The notes under the pieces: generated by a model
What the model was told of the DNA's origin: nothing
Databases searched by the model: none
Seen by the model: only the letters and a program-made list of their open reading frames with translations
Translations under genes and position numbers: made by a program
DNA from: Dehalococcoidia bacterium
GTDB taxonomy: Bacteria > Chloroflexota > Dehalococcoidia > Lucifugimonadales > GCA-2712585
Assembly: GCA_965238215.1 (NCBI GenBank)
Contig: OZ250180.1
Span: 1,189,524 to 1,253,523 of the forward strand
Length of the DNA: 64,000 nucleotides
Direction of reading: 5' to 3'
Part shown: positions 8,528 through 19,443 of the stretch, piece by piece
How positions within the stretch are numbered: the stretch's first letter is position 1
Layout: each line of letters starts with the position of its first letter

Positions 8528-9820
8528 TTAGGGTTGGAGGTTGGGGATGACGGTTTCGAAGGCTTGTATGGTCTGGTCTACGTCAGCGTCGGTGTGGGCT
8601 AGAGAGGGGTAGAATTTCTGTGGGCCCTGGAAGATTCCCTGTTCCTGGATGAGGTTGCGGAAGCGGGCCTTGATTGCGTTGTCGGCGGACAGGGTGGAGC
8701 GGTAGTCGGAGAGGGGGTCGTTGGTGAAGATGATGTCAAAGACGGGGTCTTCGCCGGTGGTCTGGGCGGGGATTTCGGCCTGGGCGCAGAGATTGTCCAA
8801 AGCATCGCGGAGCCTTCGTCCGGTGGCCCAGATGCGTTCGTAAGCGCCTTCTGTGCGGAGCTCGGCCAGAGTGGCTAAGCCGGCGGCGCAGGCGACGGGG
8901 TTACCGTTCAGGGTGCCGATCTGCCCCACGTGGTCGCCAGCGTCAACCCGGGACGAGTCGTAGGCCGCCATAATTTCCTCGCGGCCGCAGACGGCTGCCA
9001 GAGCATAGCCTCCGCCCATTATCTTGCCCACGGCGGTTAGGTCGGGGGTGACGCCGTAGTATTCCTGGGCGCCGCCGTAGGCCAGCCGGAAGCCGGTGAC
9101 CACTTCGTCGAATATCAAGGGTATCTGGTAGTGGGCGGTGACTTCCCGGAGGGCCTGGAGGAAGCCGGGCTTGGGGGATAGGATGCGCTGCATGGGTTCG
9201 ATGATGACGGCGGCGAGGTCGTCATGGTTTTGCTCGATGATGGCTGTGGTAGTTTCGGCGTCGTTGAAAGGGGCGATGAGCACAGTGTCAAGGACTGCCT
9301 CGGGGATGCCGCCGCTGCTGGGGTCAGGCTGGGGGAAGGGGTGAAGGGTACGGGGTGGGTTGCTCATGAGAGAGTAGTCGCTTGTGCCGTGGAAGCCACC
9401 CTCGAACTTGAGGATCTTGTCGCGTCGCCGGAAGGCGCGGGCGATGCGGAGAGCCTGGAAACAGGCGTCGGTGCCGCTGGTGGTGAAGCGGACTTTGTCG
9501 GCGCAGGGCACGGCGCGGACAAGCTCTTCGGCAAGGAGGACGGCGTATTGGTTGGTGGCGAAGAAGGTGCTGCCATCCTGGACGGCTTCGATGACGGCCT
9601 GGACGACGCTGGGGTGGGCGTGGCCGAGAACCATGGGGCCAGAACCCATGAGGTAGTCTATGTATTCGTTGCCGCTGACGTCCCAGATGCGGGAGCCGCT
9701 GCCCCTTTTGACGATGAAGGAGTGGTCGGGGTCGAGGGCGACGTTGCCCAGAGAGCCTCCTGGGAAGAACTTCGTGGCCTTCTGGAGGAGAAGGGCTTCT
9801 TCGTGGCTAGGGTGGCGCAT
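8528..9820 (-). CDS. Class-III (aspartate aminotransferase family) PLP aminotransferase, glutamate-1-semialdehyde aminomutase-like
   Basis: FFPGGSLGN...IDYLMGSGPMVLGHAHPSVVQAV and the AVGKIMGGG PLP-lysine motif. Confidence 0.85.
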   Translation of the reverse strand: MRHPSHEEALLLQKATKFFPGGSLGNVALDPDHSFIVKRGSGSRIWDVSGNEYIDYLMGSGPMVLGHAHPSVVQAVIEAVQDGSTFFATNQYAVLLAEELVRAVPCADKVRFTTSGTDACFQALRIARAFRRRDKILKFEGGFHGTSDYSLMSNPPRTLHPFPQPDPSSGGIPEAVLDTVLIAPFNDAETTTAIIEQNHDDLAAVIIEPMQRILSPKPGFLQALREVTAHYQIPLIFDEVVTGFRLAYGGAQEYYGVTPDLTAVGKIMGGGYALAAVCGREEIMAAYDSSRVDAGDHVGQIGTLNGNPVACAAGLATLAELRTEGAYERIWATGRRLRDALDNLCAQAEIPAQTTGEDPVFDIIFTNDPLSDYRSTLSADNAIKARFRNLIQEQGIFQGPQKFYPSLAHTDADVDQTIQAFETVIPNLQP

Positions 9821-9860
9821 GGCGGGCCTCCGGACGGGTGATTGGGAGCTAGCTGGCGTC

Positions 9861-11069
<1,209 letters not shown>

Positions 11070-11098
11070 AGAGGGGGAAAAGAGGGGTGGGCATGGGG

Positions 11099-12301
11099 TT
11101 AGGCGTTGACGTAGGCTTCCCAGCGGGAGTCCAAGTCGGAGGATTCGACGGTGCTCATAATGTAGTCGCCGAATTCTTTGCCGGTTGCGCCGGTGTCGCG
11201 GCCCGTGATGACGAGCTTCTTTTCGTACTGGGTGCAAACGTCCAGGGCCTTGTTGAGGCGGTTTGATAGCTGTGAGAAGCCGAGGTGATCCAGCATCATG
11301 CTGCCGGCACGAATTATGGAGCTGGGGTCGGCGAAATGCGCGCGGCCTTCCTGCACCATGCGGGGAGCGCTGCCGTGGATAGCTTCGAACATGGCATAAT
11401 TCTTGCCGATGTTGGCGCTGCCCGCCGTGCCTACACCACCCTGAATCTGGGCGGCTTCGTCGGTGATGATGTCCCCGTAGAGGTTCGGAAGGGCAAATAC
11501 CTGGAATTCGCTGCGGCGGGACAAGTCAAGGAGCTTTGCGGTCATGATGTCGATGTACCAAGCATCCCAGGATAAAGACGGGTAGCGCTGGGAGACCTTT
11601 CGGGCGACGTCCAGGAATTTGCCGTCGGTGGTCTTGATGATGTTGGCCTTGGTTACGATGGTGACCCGGTCCTTGCCGTTACGCAGGGCGTGGGCGAAGG
11701 CGGCTTCGATGATTCGCTCGGAGCCCTGAGTAGTGATAACGCGGAAGTCGATGGCGAGGTCATCGGTAACGTTGATGCCCTGGCTGCCGACGGCGTAGAG
11801 GTCTTCGGTATTCTCCCGGAAGAAAGTCCAGTCGATGTTTTCCTGGGGGATTCTAACGGGGCGAACGTTGGCGAATAGATCCAGGGCCTTGCGCATGGAG
11901 ACGTTGGCGCTTTCAAGGTTCGGCCAGCCGTCGCCCTTCTCAGGGGTGTGGGTGGGGCCTTTTAGGGTGACGTGACACTTTTGGATTTCAGCGAGAACGT
12001 CGTTGGGGATGGACTGCATGTGCTGGGCACGATTTTCGATGGTGAGGCCGTCGATATACTGGAAGACTATTTTGCCGCTTTCGACCTGGTCACGCAGGAG
12101 GTATTCGAGGACCCTGCGGGCTTCGACGGAGATGGCAGGGCCGATGCCGTCACCGCCCAGGATGCCGATGAGGATGGGGTTGACCTGGGAGAAGTCGGTC
12201 CATTCCTGGTCTTGCTTGAGGCGCTCTACGCGCTCTAGCTGCTCTCTTAGTATGGTAGCGAAGTGGGAGGTGGCGTTGGTGATGATTTGGGTGTCTGCCA
12301 C
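11099..12301 (-). CDS. icd: Isocitrate/isopropylmalate dehydrogenase family protein, probably NAD(P)-isocitrate dehydrogenase
   Basis: ILGGDGIGPAI N-terminal motif and NLYGDIITDEAAQIQGGVGTAGSANIG. Adjacent to mdh, as in many icd-mdh clusters. Substrate assignment is inferred. Confidence 0.8.
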   Translation of the reverse strand: MADTQIITNATSHFATILREQLERVERLKQDQEWTDFSQVNPILIGILGGDGIGPAISVEARRVLEYLLRDQVESGKIVFQYIDGLTIENRAQHMQSIPNDVLAEIQKCHVTLKGPTHTPEKGDGWPNLESANVSMRKALDLFANVRPVRIPQENIDWTFFRENTEDLYAVGSQGINVTDDLAIDFRVITTQGSERIIEAAFAHALRNGKDRVTIVTKANIIKTTDGKFLDVARKVSQRYPSLSWDAWYIDIMTAKLLDLSRRSEFQVFALPNLYGDIITDEAAQIQGGVGTAGSANIGKNYAMFEAIHGSAPRMVQEGRAHFADPSSIIRAGSMMLDHLGFSQLSNRLNKALDVCTQYEKKLVITGRDTGATGKEFGDYIMSTVESSDLDSRWEAYVNA

Positions 12302-12399
12302 GGGGCCTCCTAGGTTGGGGATGGGACAATTATATGAGGGGGTTGGGTATAGCGCAAATGGGAGACCCTTCCGAGTATCCAGATCTGGCAGTGCGGCGA

Positions 12400-12662
12400 G
12401 ATGTGGATTCCTGCCCCCGTGAAGACGGGGGCAGGCTCTGCGCGGGAGGATGGGGACGGGGATGGGGATGGATTCCCGCCTCCGGAGACCTTTGCATAAC
12501 TATCGAATCGCATTCAAATGGCGGTGTAGAACGACTCTTGACATAGCTAAATCATGGGATTCTGGATTCCGGCTTTTGCCGGAATGACGGTTATGCAAAG
12601 GTCTCCCTTCGCGGGAACACGGTAGGGGGAGGGATGGGTTCTCGCCTCCGCGGGAACAACGG
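12400..12662 (+). repeat. Repeat cluster including MITE-like copy D2 (12467-12622) and a TTCTCGC/GCGGGAA hairpin unit (12633-12662)
   Basis: D2 has terminal inverted repeats GGAGACCTTTGCATAAC / GTTATGCAAAGGTCTCC and sits between the two halves of a GATGGATTCCCGC....GCGGGAACACGG hairpin. Confidence 0.85.
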
Positions 12663-12733
12663 ATGCTGAGTTGTTGTAACTTGAGGGAGGGATTTGCTAT
12701 ATTGGGTGGAGCAGTTGGGATAAGGAGCAGCGT

Positions 12734-12922
12734 ATGACATTTGTCATCCTCCACGAGGGGGAATCGACGGAGAGCCTGATAAACCGGTTCCGATCCGGGG
12801 TGCAGCGTTCCGGCATATTGAGGGAGATCAAACGGCGTCGGTATTTCCGGTCTAAGAGCCAGAAGGCGCGAGAGGCAGCACAGCGAGCGGCGCGGCGTGC
12901 CCGGCGTCGTCGCCGATTCTAG
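12734..12922 (+). CDS. rpsU: 30S ribosomal protein S21
   Basis: 62 aa, ESLINRFRSGVQRSGILREIKRRRYFRSKSQKAREA, basic tail. RBS AAGGAG. Confidence 0.9.
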   Translation: MTFVILHEGESTESLINRFRSGVQRSGILREIKRRRYFRSKSQKAREAAQRAARRARRRRRF

Positions 12923-12984
12923 AGATAGTCACAAGCGGCGTGCCTTCTTTGGTCTGAGGGCGCCGCCGATATTTTCGCAGACCA

Positions 12985-13680
12985 ATGTTAGACCTCAGTT
13001 CCTATGGGGTTCTTAGCTTTGACTGCTACGGAACCCTCATTGATTGGGAAGGTGGGATTCTTTCGTCGTTAAAACCCCTACTAGCGCGTCATGGGGTTTC
13101 AGCGTCGGATGGGGAGCTTCTGAGGCTGTATGGAGAGTTGGAGAGGGAGGGGCAGGGACATCAGCCATTTCTGACCTATCGTCAGGTGCTGTCACGGATT
13201 GTTGCGGGACTTGGAGAGCGGTTGGGGTTCCGTCCGAACTCGGGAGAGTTGGGCATCTTGTCTGACTCGATGAAGCGGTGGCGCCCTTTCAGTGATACCG
13301 TTTCAGCCCTGAGGTCGTTGAAGAAGCAAGCAAAGCTGGCGATTATTTCCAACGTGGACAGAGACCTGTTCGAGGCGTCGTCGTCCATGCTTGGAGTGGA
13401 CTTTGATTGGGTGGTTACGTCGGAGGATGTGGGGGAATACAAGCCATCACTGCGGAATTTCAGGGTGGCGTTGGGTCAGATGGGGGTTGACAAGGGGGAG
13501 GTCTTGCACGTGGCGCAGAGCCTGTATCACGACGTGGAGCCGGCGCGGGCGTTGGGGTTGGCGACGGTGTGGGTGAACCGGTCGGGGGCTAGGTCGACGC
13601 CACTCAGGGACGTGAGGCCGGACGTAGAGGTGGCGGACTTGGGGGCGTTGGTACGGTTGATGCGGCGAGGGGTGGGTTAG
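12985..13680 (+). CDS. HAD-superfamily hydrolase, haloacid dehalogenase type II-like
   Basis: FDCYGTLIDWE nucleophile motif, ISNVD, KPSLRNF. Confidence 0.8.
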   Translation: MLDLSSYGVLSFDCYGTLIDWEGGILSSLKPLLARHGVSASDGELLRLYGELEREGQGHQPFLTYRQVLSRIVAGLGERLGFRPNSGELGILSDSMKRWRPFSDTVSALRSLKKQAKLAIISNVDRDLFEASSSMLGVDFDWVVTSEDVGEYKPSLRNFRVALGQMGVDKGEVLHVAQSLYHDVEPARALGLATVWVNRSGARSTPLRDVRPDVEVADLGALVRLMRRGVG

Positions 13681-13693
13681 GCTGGGGGTGGGC

Positions 13694-14340
13694 GATGGGT
13701 TCCCGTCCCTGTCTTCACGGGGGCAGGCTCTTCGCGGGCATGACGAGGGGATGGGTCCCCGCATACGCGAGGACAAGGGAAGGGATGGGGATGGGTTCCC
13801 GCATCCGTCTTCACGGGGGCAGGCTCTCCGCGGGCATGACGAGAGGATGGGTCCCCGCATACGCGAGGACAAGGGAGGAGGGGACGGGGATGGCAGGAGA
13901 GGGAGAGGGCGGTTCGCGAACCCGCCCCTACGGGGGAGTGGGGCGCTGGAATAAGGGGGGCGCTCGGCGGGAGAGGGGGCTTGCTACGACACCGGGATTC
14001 CTCGACTCCGCCGCGCTGTGCTCGGAATGACAGGCGGGGGCAGGGAGGGGATGACGTGGGTGGAAGAAGGGCGGTTCGCAAACCGCCCCTACGGGGGAGT
14101 GGGGCGCTGGAATAAGGGGGCGCTCGGCGGGAGAGGGGGATTGCTACGACAACGAGATTCCGAGACTCCACTTCGCGCTGCGCTCGGAATGACATGTGGG
14201 GCAGGGACGGGATGACGTGGGAGTGGGAAGGGCGGTTCGCGAACCGCCCCTACGGGGGGTGGGGCGCTGGAATGACGCATGGGGGCAGGCTCTTCGCCGG
14301 CGTTGGCGAGGGGATGGGTCCCCGCATCCGCGAGGACTAG
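13694..14340 (+). repeat. Mosaic tandem arrays: a 96-bp unit x2 (13694-13879) followed by a ~161-bp unit x2.4 (13907-14340)
   Basis: The unit starts recur at 13694/13790 and at 13907/14069/14230. The units are concatenations of hairpin families (F+A, then B+GGCGCTGGAATAAGGGGGCGCT+C). Confidence 0.85.
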
Positions 14341-14357
14341 GGAGGGGGTGCGGTATG

Positions 14358-15251
14358 TTAAAGGGGGAGGGGCTGCCAGTAGCGGCGGGTTTCTCCGGCG
14401 ATGATGCGTCCGAAGCCCGGGGCGGGGAAATGCCCCGCAGCGACTATGATGCCCTGTTCTTGAAGTTTTTTCAGAGTTTCCCTACGCGTTTCGATGCCAA
14501 GCTGGGGTAGCACGTCCGCCTTGGTGTTCCATTGGGGGACCTGGATTTGCAGGGGCAGGTGGGCGACGTCGCCGAGGATGAAGCCGCTCTTGCCCTGAGA
14601 AGCAACGGCGAGGCTCTGATGGCCGGGGGTATGGCCCGGTGTGGGGACGATGGTGATTTCGTCGGTGAGATTGAGGTCACCCTCCACCAGCCGGAGGTTG
14701 TCCAGCTTTTGGAGGAGTCTGCCTACGGTTTGGGACTGGTGGAAGACTTCCACGGCGGGTGGGTAGAAGTCTTCCATGGTTTCGGTTCTCGGTGCGTCGG
14801 GGGGCGGGAAGAGGAGATTCCAGTCGGCCTTGGGAATGATGTATTCGGCGTTGGGGAAGGTGGGGCGAACGGAGTCGTCTGGCATGGCGGTAGGCAACCA
14901 GCCGATATGGTCGAAATGTAGATGGGTAATGACCACGGTGTCGATGGTTTTGGGGTCTATGCCGCCCTGCCGCATTTCGCTGAGCAGGTTTCCGGCGGCC
15001 CCGCCTGCGTCGGCAACGGGGGAAGGGCCTAAGCCGGCGTCGACGAGGATTCGCTTGCCCTGGGATTCCAGGAGGAAGCAGGCGACGTTTATTCCTCCGT
15101 TAACCTGGCAGTCCTCGTCCACCTGGCCTTCGAATTCCCGGAAGGCGTCGGAGGTCTTGTGGGGGAAGAAATCGCAGGCATCGACGGCCATGAGGCAGTC
15201 GGAGATGGAGAGAATACGTACGGAACCTACCTGGATGCTTTCGATGCTCAT
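14358..15251 (-). CDS. MBL-fold metallo-hydrolase (lactonase-like)
   Basis: ITHLHFDHIGW (HxHxDH) and TPGHTPGH. The start at 15251 was chosen for the GGAGG 4 nt upstream. The track ORF extends to 15317. Confidence 0.8.
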   Translation of the reverse strand: MSIESIQVGSVRILSISDCLMAVDACDFFPHKTSDAFREFEGQVDEDCQVNGGINVACFLLESQGKRILVDAGLGPSPVADAGGAAGNLLSEMRQGGIDPKTIDTVVITHLHFDHIGWLPTAMPDDSVRPTFPNAEYIIPKADWNLLFPPPDAPRTETMEDFYPPAVEVFHQSQTVGRLLQKLDNLRLVEGDLNLTDEITIVPTPGHTPGHQSLAVASQGKSGFILGDVAHLPLQIQVPQWNTKADVLPQLGIETRRETLKKLQEQGIIVAAGHFPAPGFGRIIAGETRRYWQPLPL

Positions 15252-15408
15252 GGGGCCTCCATATTCGTGATTGTCGGGGGTTGGGGCCATTCCATCAATG
15301 GGGACATTATAGCCCATTGATAACGCCTCGTCGGGTAAAAAATTCTTTGACAGGGGGAATCGTTTGGTTTAAGTTATCATAGCCGGAATTACGAAGGGGA
15401 GGCGGCTA

Positions 15409-16509
15409 GTGCGCGGACGAGTGGTTGTTTGCAAGGAGCATAATCGGCCCTTTGTGATTGAGGAATATACGGTTCCGGAGATTGAGCCGGGGGCGATTCT
15501 GCTGCGCATGGTACAGTCGGGCATTTGCGGGTCGGACCTGCATTATTGGCGGGGCGACCAGGCAAAAGCGCCGCTGCCACCAACGGGGCGGGTGATGGGG
15601 CATGAGGGATACGGCGTGGTGCACAGTTTGGGGAAGGGCGCGGAGAGGGACTCGCTGGGGCGCAGGCTGCGAGAAGGCGACCGGGTGGTGTACACGGCTA
15701 TATTTCCGTGCAATCGCTGTCACATGTGCCTGAAGGGTCTAGGGAACCTGTGCGTGAACCGTCCTTTCCCGGCGGCGGGGGACTATCCGTACTTCACCGG
15801 GACCTACGCCGACTATCTGTATCTGCCGCCGGGGCATCCGATTTTCCTGGCGCCGGACGGGATACCGGACGAAGTTCTGGCTCCGGTGAACTGCGCCCTG
15901 GGCACGGTGACCCAGGGGTTGATTTCGGCGGGGGCGGCAGCGGGGGATTGGGTGGTGATTCAGGGCGCAGGGGGGTTGGGGCTGACGGCCACAGCGGTTG
16001 CGAAGGACATGGGAGCTCACGGGGTGATCGTGCTGGACCGGCTTCAGAATCGGCTGGATCTGGCCCGGGAGTTCGGTGCGGACCACGTTATCAACATCGA
16101 GGAGTACGACACGGCGGAGGCTCGGGTTGCGCGGGTGTGGGAGCTGACTCGCGGCCGAGGGGCGGACGTTGTGATGGAACTGGTCGGACGGGCGGAACTG
16201 CTGGTAGAAGGGGTGGAGATGTTGGGCAACGGCGGGACGTTCGTAGAGATTGGGGACATCGTGCCGGGGCGCACGGTGGCGTTGGACCCATCAACGTTGC
16301 TAAAGGGGAAGCGGATCATCGGGTCCTTGATGTATCCCGCGCACCTGCTGCCGAGGATACTGGATTTTCTGGAACGAAATTTGGACAAGCGGCCCTTCCA
16401 CAAGATAGTCTCGCACAAGTTCAAGCTCGCAGATGTGAACAAGGCCTTTCCCCAGGCGGAATGGAATGCGAGGCAGACGGAGGTCACGCGGGCGGTGCTC
16501 GTGCCGTGA
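15409..16509 (+). CDS. Zinc-binding medium-chain alcohol dehydrogenase family oxidoreductase
   Basis: GICGSDLHYWRGD, GHEGYG, CNRCHMCLKG structural-zinc Cys cluster, GAGGLGL NAD fold. Confidence 0.88.
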   Translation: MRGRVVVCKEHNRPFVIEEYTVPEIEPGAILLRMVQSGICGSDLHYWRGDQAKAPLPPTGRVMGHEGYGVVHSLGKGAERDSLGRRLREGDRVVYTAIFPCNRCHMCLKGLGNLCVNRPFPAAGDYPYFTGTYADYLYLPPGHPIFLAPDGIPDEVLAPVNCALGTVTQGLISAGAAAGDWVVIQGAGGLGLTATAVAKDMGAHGVIVLDRLQNRLDLAREFGADHVINIEEYDTAEARVARVWELTRGRGADVVMELVGRAELLVEGVEMLGNGGTFVEIGDIVPGRTVALDPSTLLKGKRIIGSLMYPAHLLPRILDFLERNLDKRPFHKIVSHKFKLADVNKAFPQAEWNARQTEVTRAVLVP

Positions 16510-16547
16510 TTTGCTGGCTTAGACGGAAAGGGACGGAGGAGAAGTAG

Positions 16548-17789
16548 ATGAAGTTCGATATATTTTGCCTGCCGACGGTGCCGGGCACGCTGGAAGACAG
16601 GGCGGCCTTGCGACCCATCGGCCGGAATAACGAGCGGTATCAGCAGATGCTGGAGGAGCTGCGAACCATAGCAGTGATGGCGGACGAGGTGGGGTTTGAC
16701 GCATTCTCGACGACGGAGCACCACCTGCACTCGGAAGGGTTCGAGGCATCGGTGGCCCCGCTTCTGCTGTACGCCGACCTGGCAGCCAGGACTAAGCGGA
16801 TCAAGTTTGCGCCGTTGGGGCTGGTGCTTCCATCGTGGGACCCCATCCGGTGCGCCGAAGAGATAGCGATTCTGGACCATCTGACCAAGGGCAGGGTAAT
16901 TGCGGGGTTCGCTCGGGGTTACCAAGACCGATGGACGAACGTATTGGGGCAGCAATATCGCGTGTCGGCGGCAACGATGGACGGTTCCGCGGTGGACCTG
17001 ATGAACCGGGAGGTGTTCGAGGAAGTCTTCGACATCATCAAGCTGGCGTGGACCGAGGACGCCATAGAGTATAACGGGAAGTATTATCAGATCCCCGTGC
17101 CGTACAAGGAAGGGATAAGCCGCTGGCCGCCGACGGAGTGGACGAACACCTACGGCGCGCCCGGGGAGTTGGACGACGAGGGGATAATCCGCCGAGTGTG
17201 CGTGATACCTAAGCCCTACCAGGACCCGCATCCGCCTTTGTGGCAGCCCTTCGCCGTAAGCGAGACGACGATACGCCGAACAGCCCAGAAGGGCATTGTG
17301 CCGTGGATTTTGACTTCCCTGCCGGAGAGTTTCAGCCAGTTGTGCTCGGCGTACAAGGAAGAGGCGTCGAAATGGGGGAGGCAGTTAGGTGTGGGGGAGA
17401 GCGTGGGCGCCATTCGCGCCGTATATTTTGGTGACAGCTACGAAGAGGCGTTCGAGTTGGGGTACAAGAGCACGGGCATAGGCTTCCACCACTATTTCGG
17501 AGCTTTCGGGTTCGTTGAGCCCTTCAGAAATCCCGGGGAGGAAGGGCCGTCGCCGTTGACCTTTGCCACGGAGTTGGAGACGTACCAGCGGATGGTGGAC
17601 CACGATTACGTACTGTGCGGGACGGTGGACCAGGTGAAGGCCAAGATTGAGTCGCTGGCCACATGTCACGGAGGGGGAGACTTGGAATGGTTCGGCTGGA
17701 GCATGGGGCAGGGGTTCATGCCCCTCGATCAGGCGCAGCGGCAGATAGAGCTTTTCGCCAACCACATACTGCCGGAGTTCAAGGGATAG
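16548..17789 (+). CDS. LLM-class (luciferase-like) flavin-dependent oxidoreductase
   Basis: GFDAFSTTEHH motif and overall luciferase-like monooxygenase pattern. RBS GGAGGAG. Confidence 0.8.
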   Translation: MKFDIFCLPTVPGTLEDRAALRPIGRNNERYQQMLEELRTIAVMADEVGFDAFSTTEHHLHSEGFEASVAPLLLYADLAARTKRIKFAPLGLVLPSWDPIRCAEEIAILDHLTKGRVIAGFARGYQDRWTNVLGQQYRVSAATMDGSAVDLMNREVFEEVFDIIKLAWTEDAIEYNGKYYQIPVPYKEGISRWPPTEWTNTYGAPGELDDEGIIRRVCVIPKPYQDPHPPLWQPFAVSETTIRRTAQKGIVPWILTSLPESFSQLCSAYKEEASKWGRQLGVGESVGAIRAVYFGDSYEEAFELGYKSTGIGFHHYFGAFGFVEPFRNPGEEGPSPLTFATELETYQRMVDHDYVLCGTVDQVKAKIESLATCHGGGDLEWFGWSMGQGFMPLDQAQRQIELFANHILPEFKG

Positions 17790-17978
17790 TCGCCGGAGTT
17801 GGGGACGTTAGGCGACGGACGGCAAGAGCCTTCGCAACGCAGAACCTTGTCATTACAACCTTTTTACGACTTTCGTCAGAGCATGGTGAATTTGATATGA
17901 ATACCGAGTGGGCGTATGGTAAAATTTGGTGCGCAATTTGGTACAAATAGGGAACCATCCAATTTGTGGAGGAGATAG

Positions 17979-19253
17979 ATGAGTCAGCAGAATGGTCAGG
18001 GTCCTGGAGAAGACGACGGAGTATTTCAGATGGCCCGGCAACAGTTCAACGTCGCGGCGGATAAGCTGGGGCTGGACGATGGAATGCGGGCAGTACTGGG
18101 AAGCTGCAAGCGGGAGTTTACCGTCAATTTTCCGGTTCGAATGGACTCCGGGGACATACGAGTGTACTCCGGCTACCGGGTGCACCACAACGTTGTTCGC
18201 GGCCCGGCCAAAGGGGGACTCCGGTTTCACCCCGACGTTACGCTGGACGAGGTAAAGGCGCTTGCCATGTGGATGACATGGAAGTGCGCCATTACGAACA
18301 TTCCCTACGGCGGCGGCAAGGGAGGCGTGACTTGCGACCCGAAGTCGCTGTCCCGGAACGAGTTGGAGAGGCTAACGCGCCGCTTCGCAACGGAGATTTC
18401 GCCGTTGATAGGAACGGCTTCGGACATACCCGCGCCTGACGTGAACACGGACGGCCAGATCATGGCCTGGATCATGGACACAATCAGCATGCACGCCGGA
18501 TATACGGACCACGGCATCGTCACCGGCAAGCCCATTAGCATCGGCGGCACGCTGGGTCGAACGGAGGCCACGGGCCGGGGAGTGATGATTACTGCCAGGG
18601 AGGCGGCGAAGCGGTTGGGGGTTATGATGGAGGGCGCCCGGGTGGTCGTGCAGGGCTACGGGAACGTGGGTTACTGGGGCGCGTATCTGCTGCAACAGAT
18701 GGGATGCAAGGTTATCGGCGCAAGCGATAGCCGAGGGGCCATCTACGCCGAGCAGGGCATTGACACGCACAGCCTGTTGGCGCACAAGGCGGAGAGCGGC
18801 TCGGTGGTGGGGTACGCAGGGTCGGAGAACATCAGCGATGCGGAGCTGCTGGGGCTGCCGTGCGAGATTCTGGTCCCGGCGGCGCTGGAACGCGCCATCA
18901 CGAGGGATAACGCCGACAAGGTCGACGCCCGGATTGTGGTAGAAGGGGCGAACGGGCCGACGACACCGGAGGCGGACTCGATTCTGGAGGACAAGGACAT
19001 TCTGGTGATCCCGGATATTCTGGCCAACGCCGGAGGCGTGGTGGTCTCATATTTCGAATGGGTGCAGGATATTCAGCATCTCTTCTGGGACAAAGATGAC
19101 GTGGACGACCGGCTGGAGTCGATTATGACTCGCAGCTTCGACAGCGTGATCGAGGCGTCGGAGGAGCACGATACGAGCCTACGGACGGCGGCGCTGCTGG
19201 TGGCGGTGGACCGGGTTGCGGAGGCGTTGCGGATGCGGGGGATATACCCGTAA
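17979..19253 (+). CDS. gdhA: Glutamate dehydrogenase
   Basis: KGGLRFHP, MTWKCAITNIPYGGGKGG and GYGNVG motifs of Glu/Leu/Phe/Val dehydrogenases. RBS GGAGG. Confidence 0.93.
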   Translation: MSQQNGQGPGEDDGVFQMARQQFNVAADKLGLDDGMRAVLGSCKREFTVNFPVRMDSGDIRVYSGYRVHHNVVRGPAKGGLRFHPDVTLDEVKALAMWMTWKCAITNIPYGGGKGGVTCDPKSLSRNELERLTRRFATEISPLIGTASDIPAPDVNTDGQIMAWIMDTISMHAGYTDHGIVTGKPISIGGTLGRTEATGRGVMITAREAAKRLGVMMEGARVVVQGYGNVGYWGAYLLQQMGCKVIGASDSRGAIYAEQGIDTHSLLAHKAESGSVVGYAGSENISDAELLGLPCEILVPAALERAITRDNADKVDARIVVEGANGPTTPEADSILEDKDILVIPDILANAGGVVVSYFEWVQDIQHLFWDKDDVDDRLESIMTRSFDSVIEASEEHDTSLRTAALLVAVDRVAEALRMRGIYP

Positions 19254-19384
19254 CCAAATCCGACACCAACAAGGCATCTACATTCCTGTTTGGAGGCCTG
19301 CCGCGTCCAAGGAAAGGCAAAGGAGTGTAGTGTAAGGGCGCTGAGTTGGGCGGAGGAGCAAGGCCGATTAGATTGAATAAGTGA

Positions 19385-19418
19385 GGGGCCCCGGCGATTT
19401 GCCGGGGCCTGGCTTCTT
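19385..19418. terminator. Hairpin between convergent gdhA and the lipoprotein gene (possible bidirectional terminator)
   Basis: GGGGCCCCGGC-gattt-GCCGGGGCC followed by tggcttctt. Confidence 0.5.
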
Positions 19419-19443
19419 GTGATTGTTGGCCGTTAGAGGGTAG

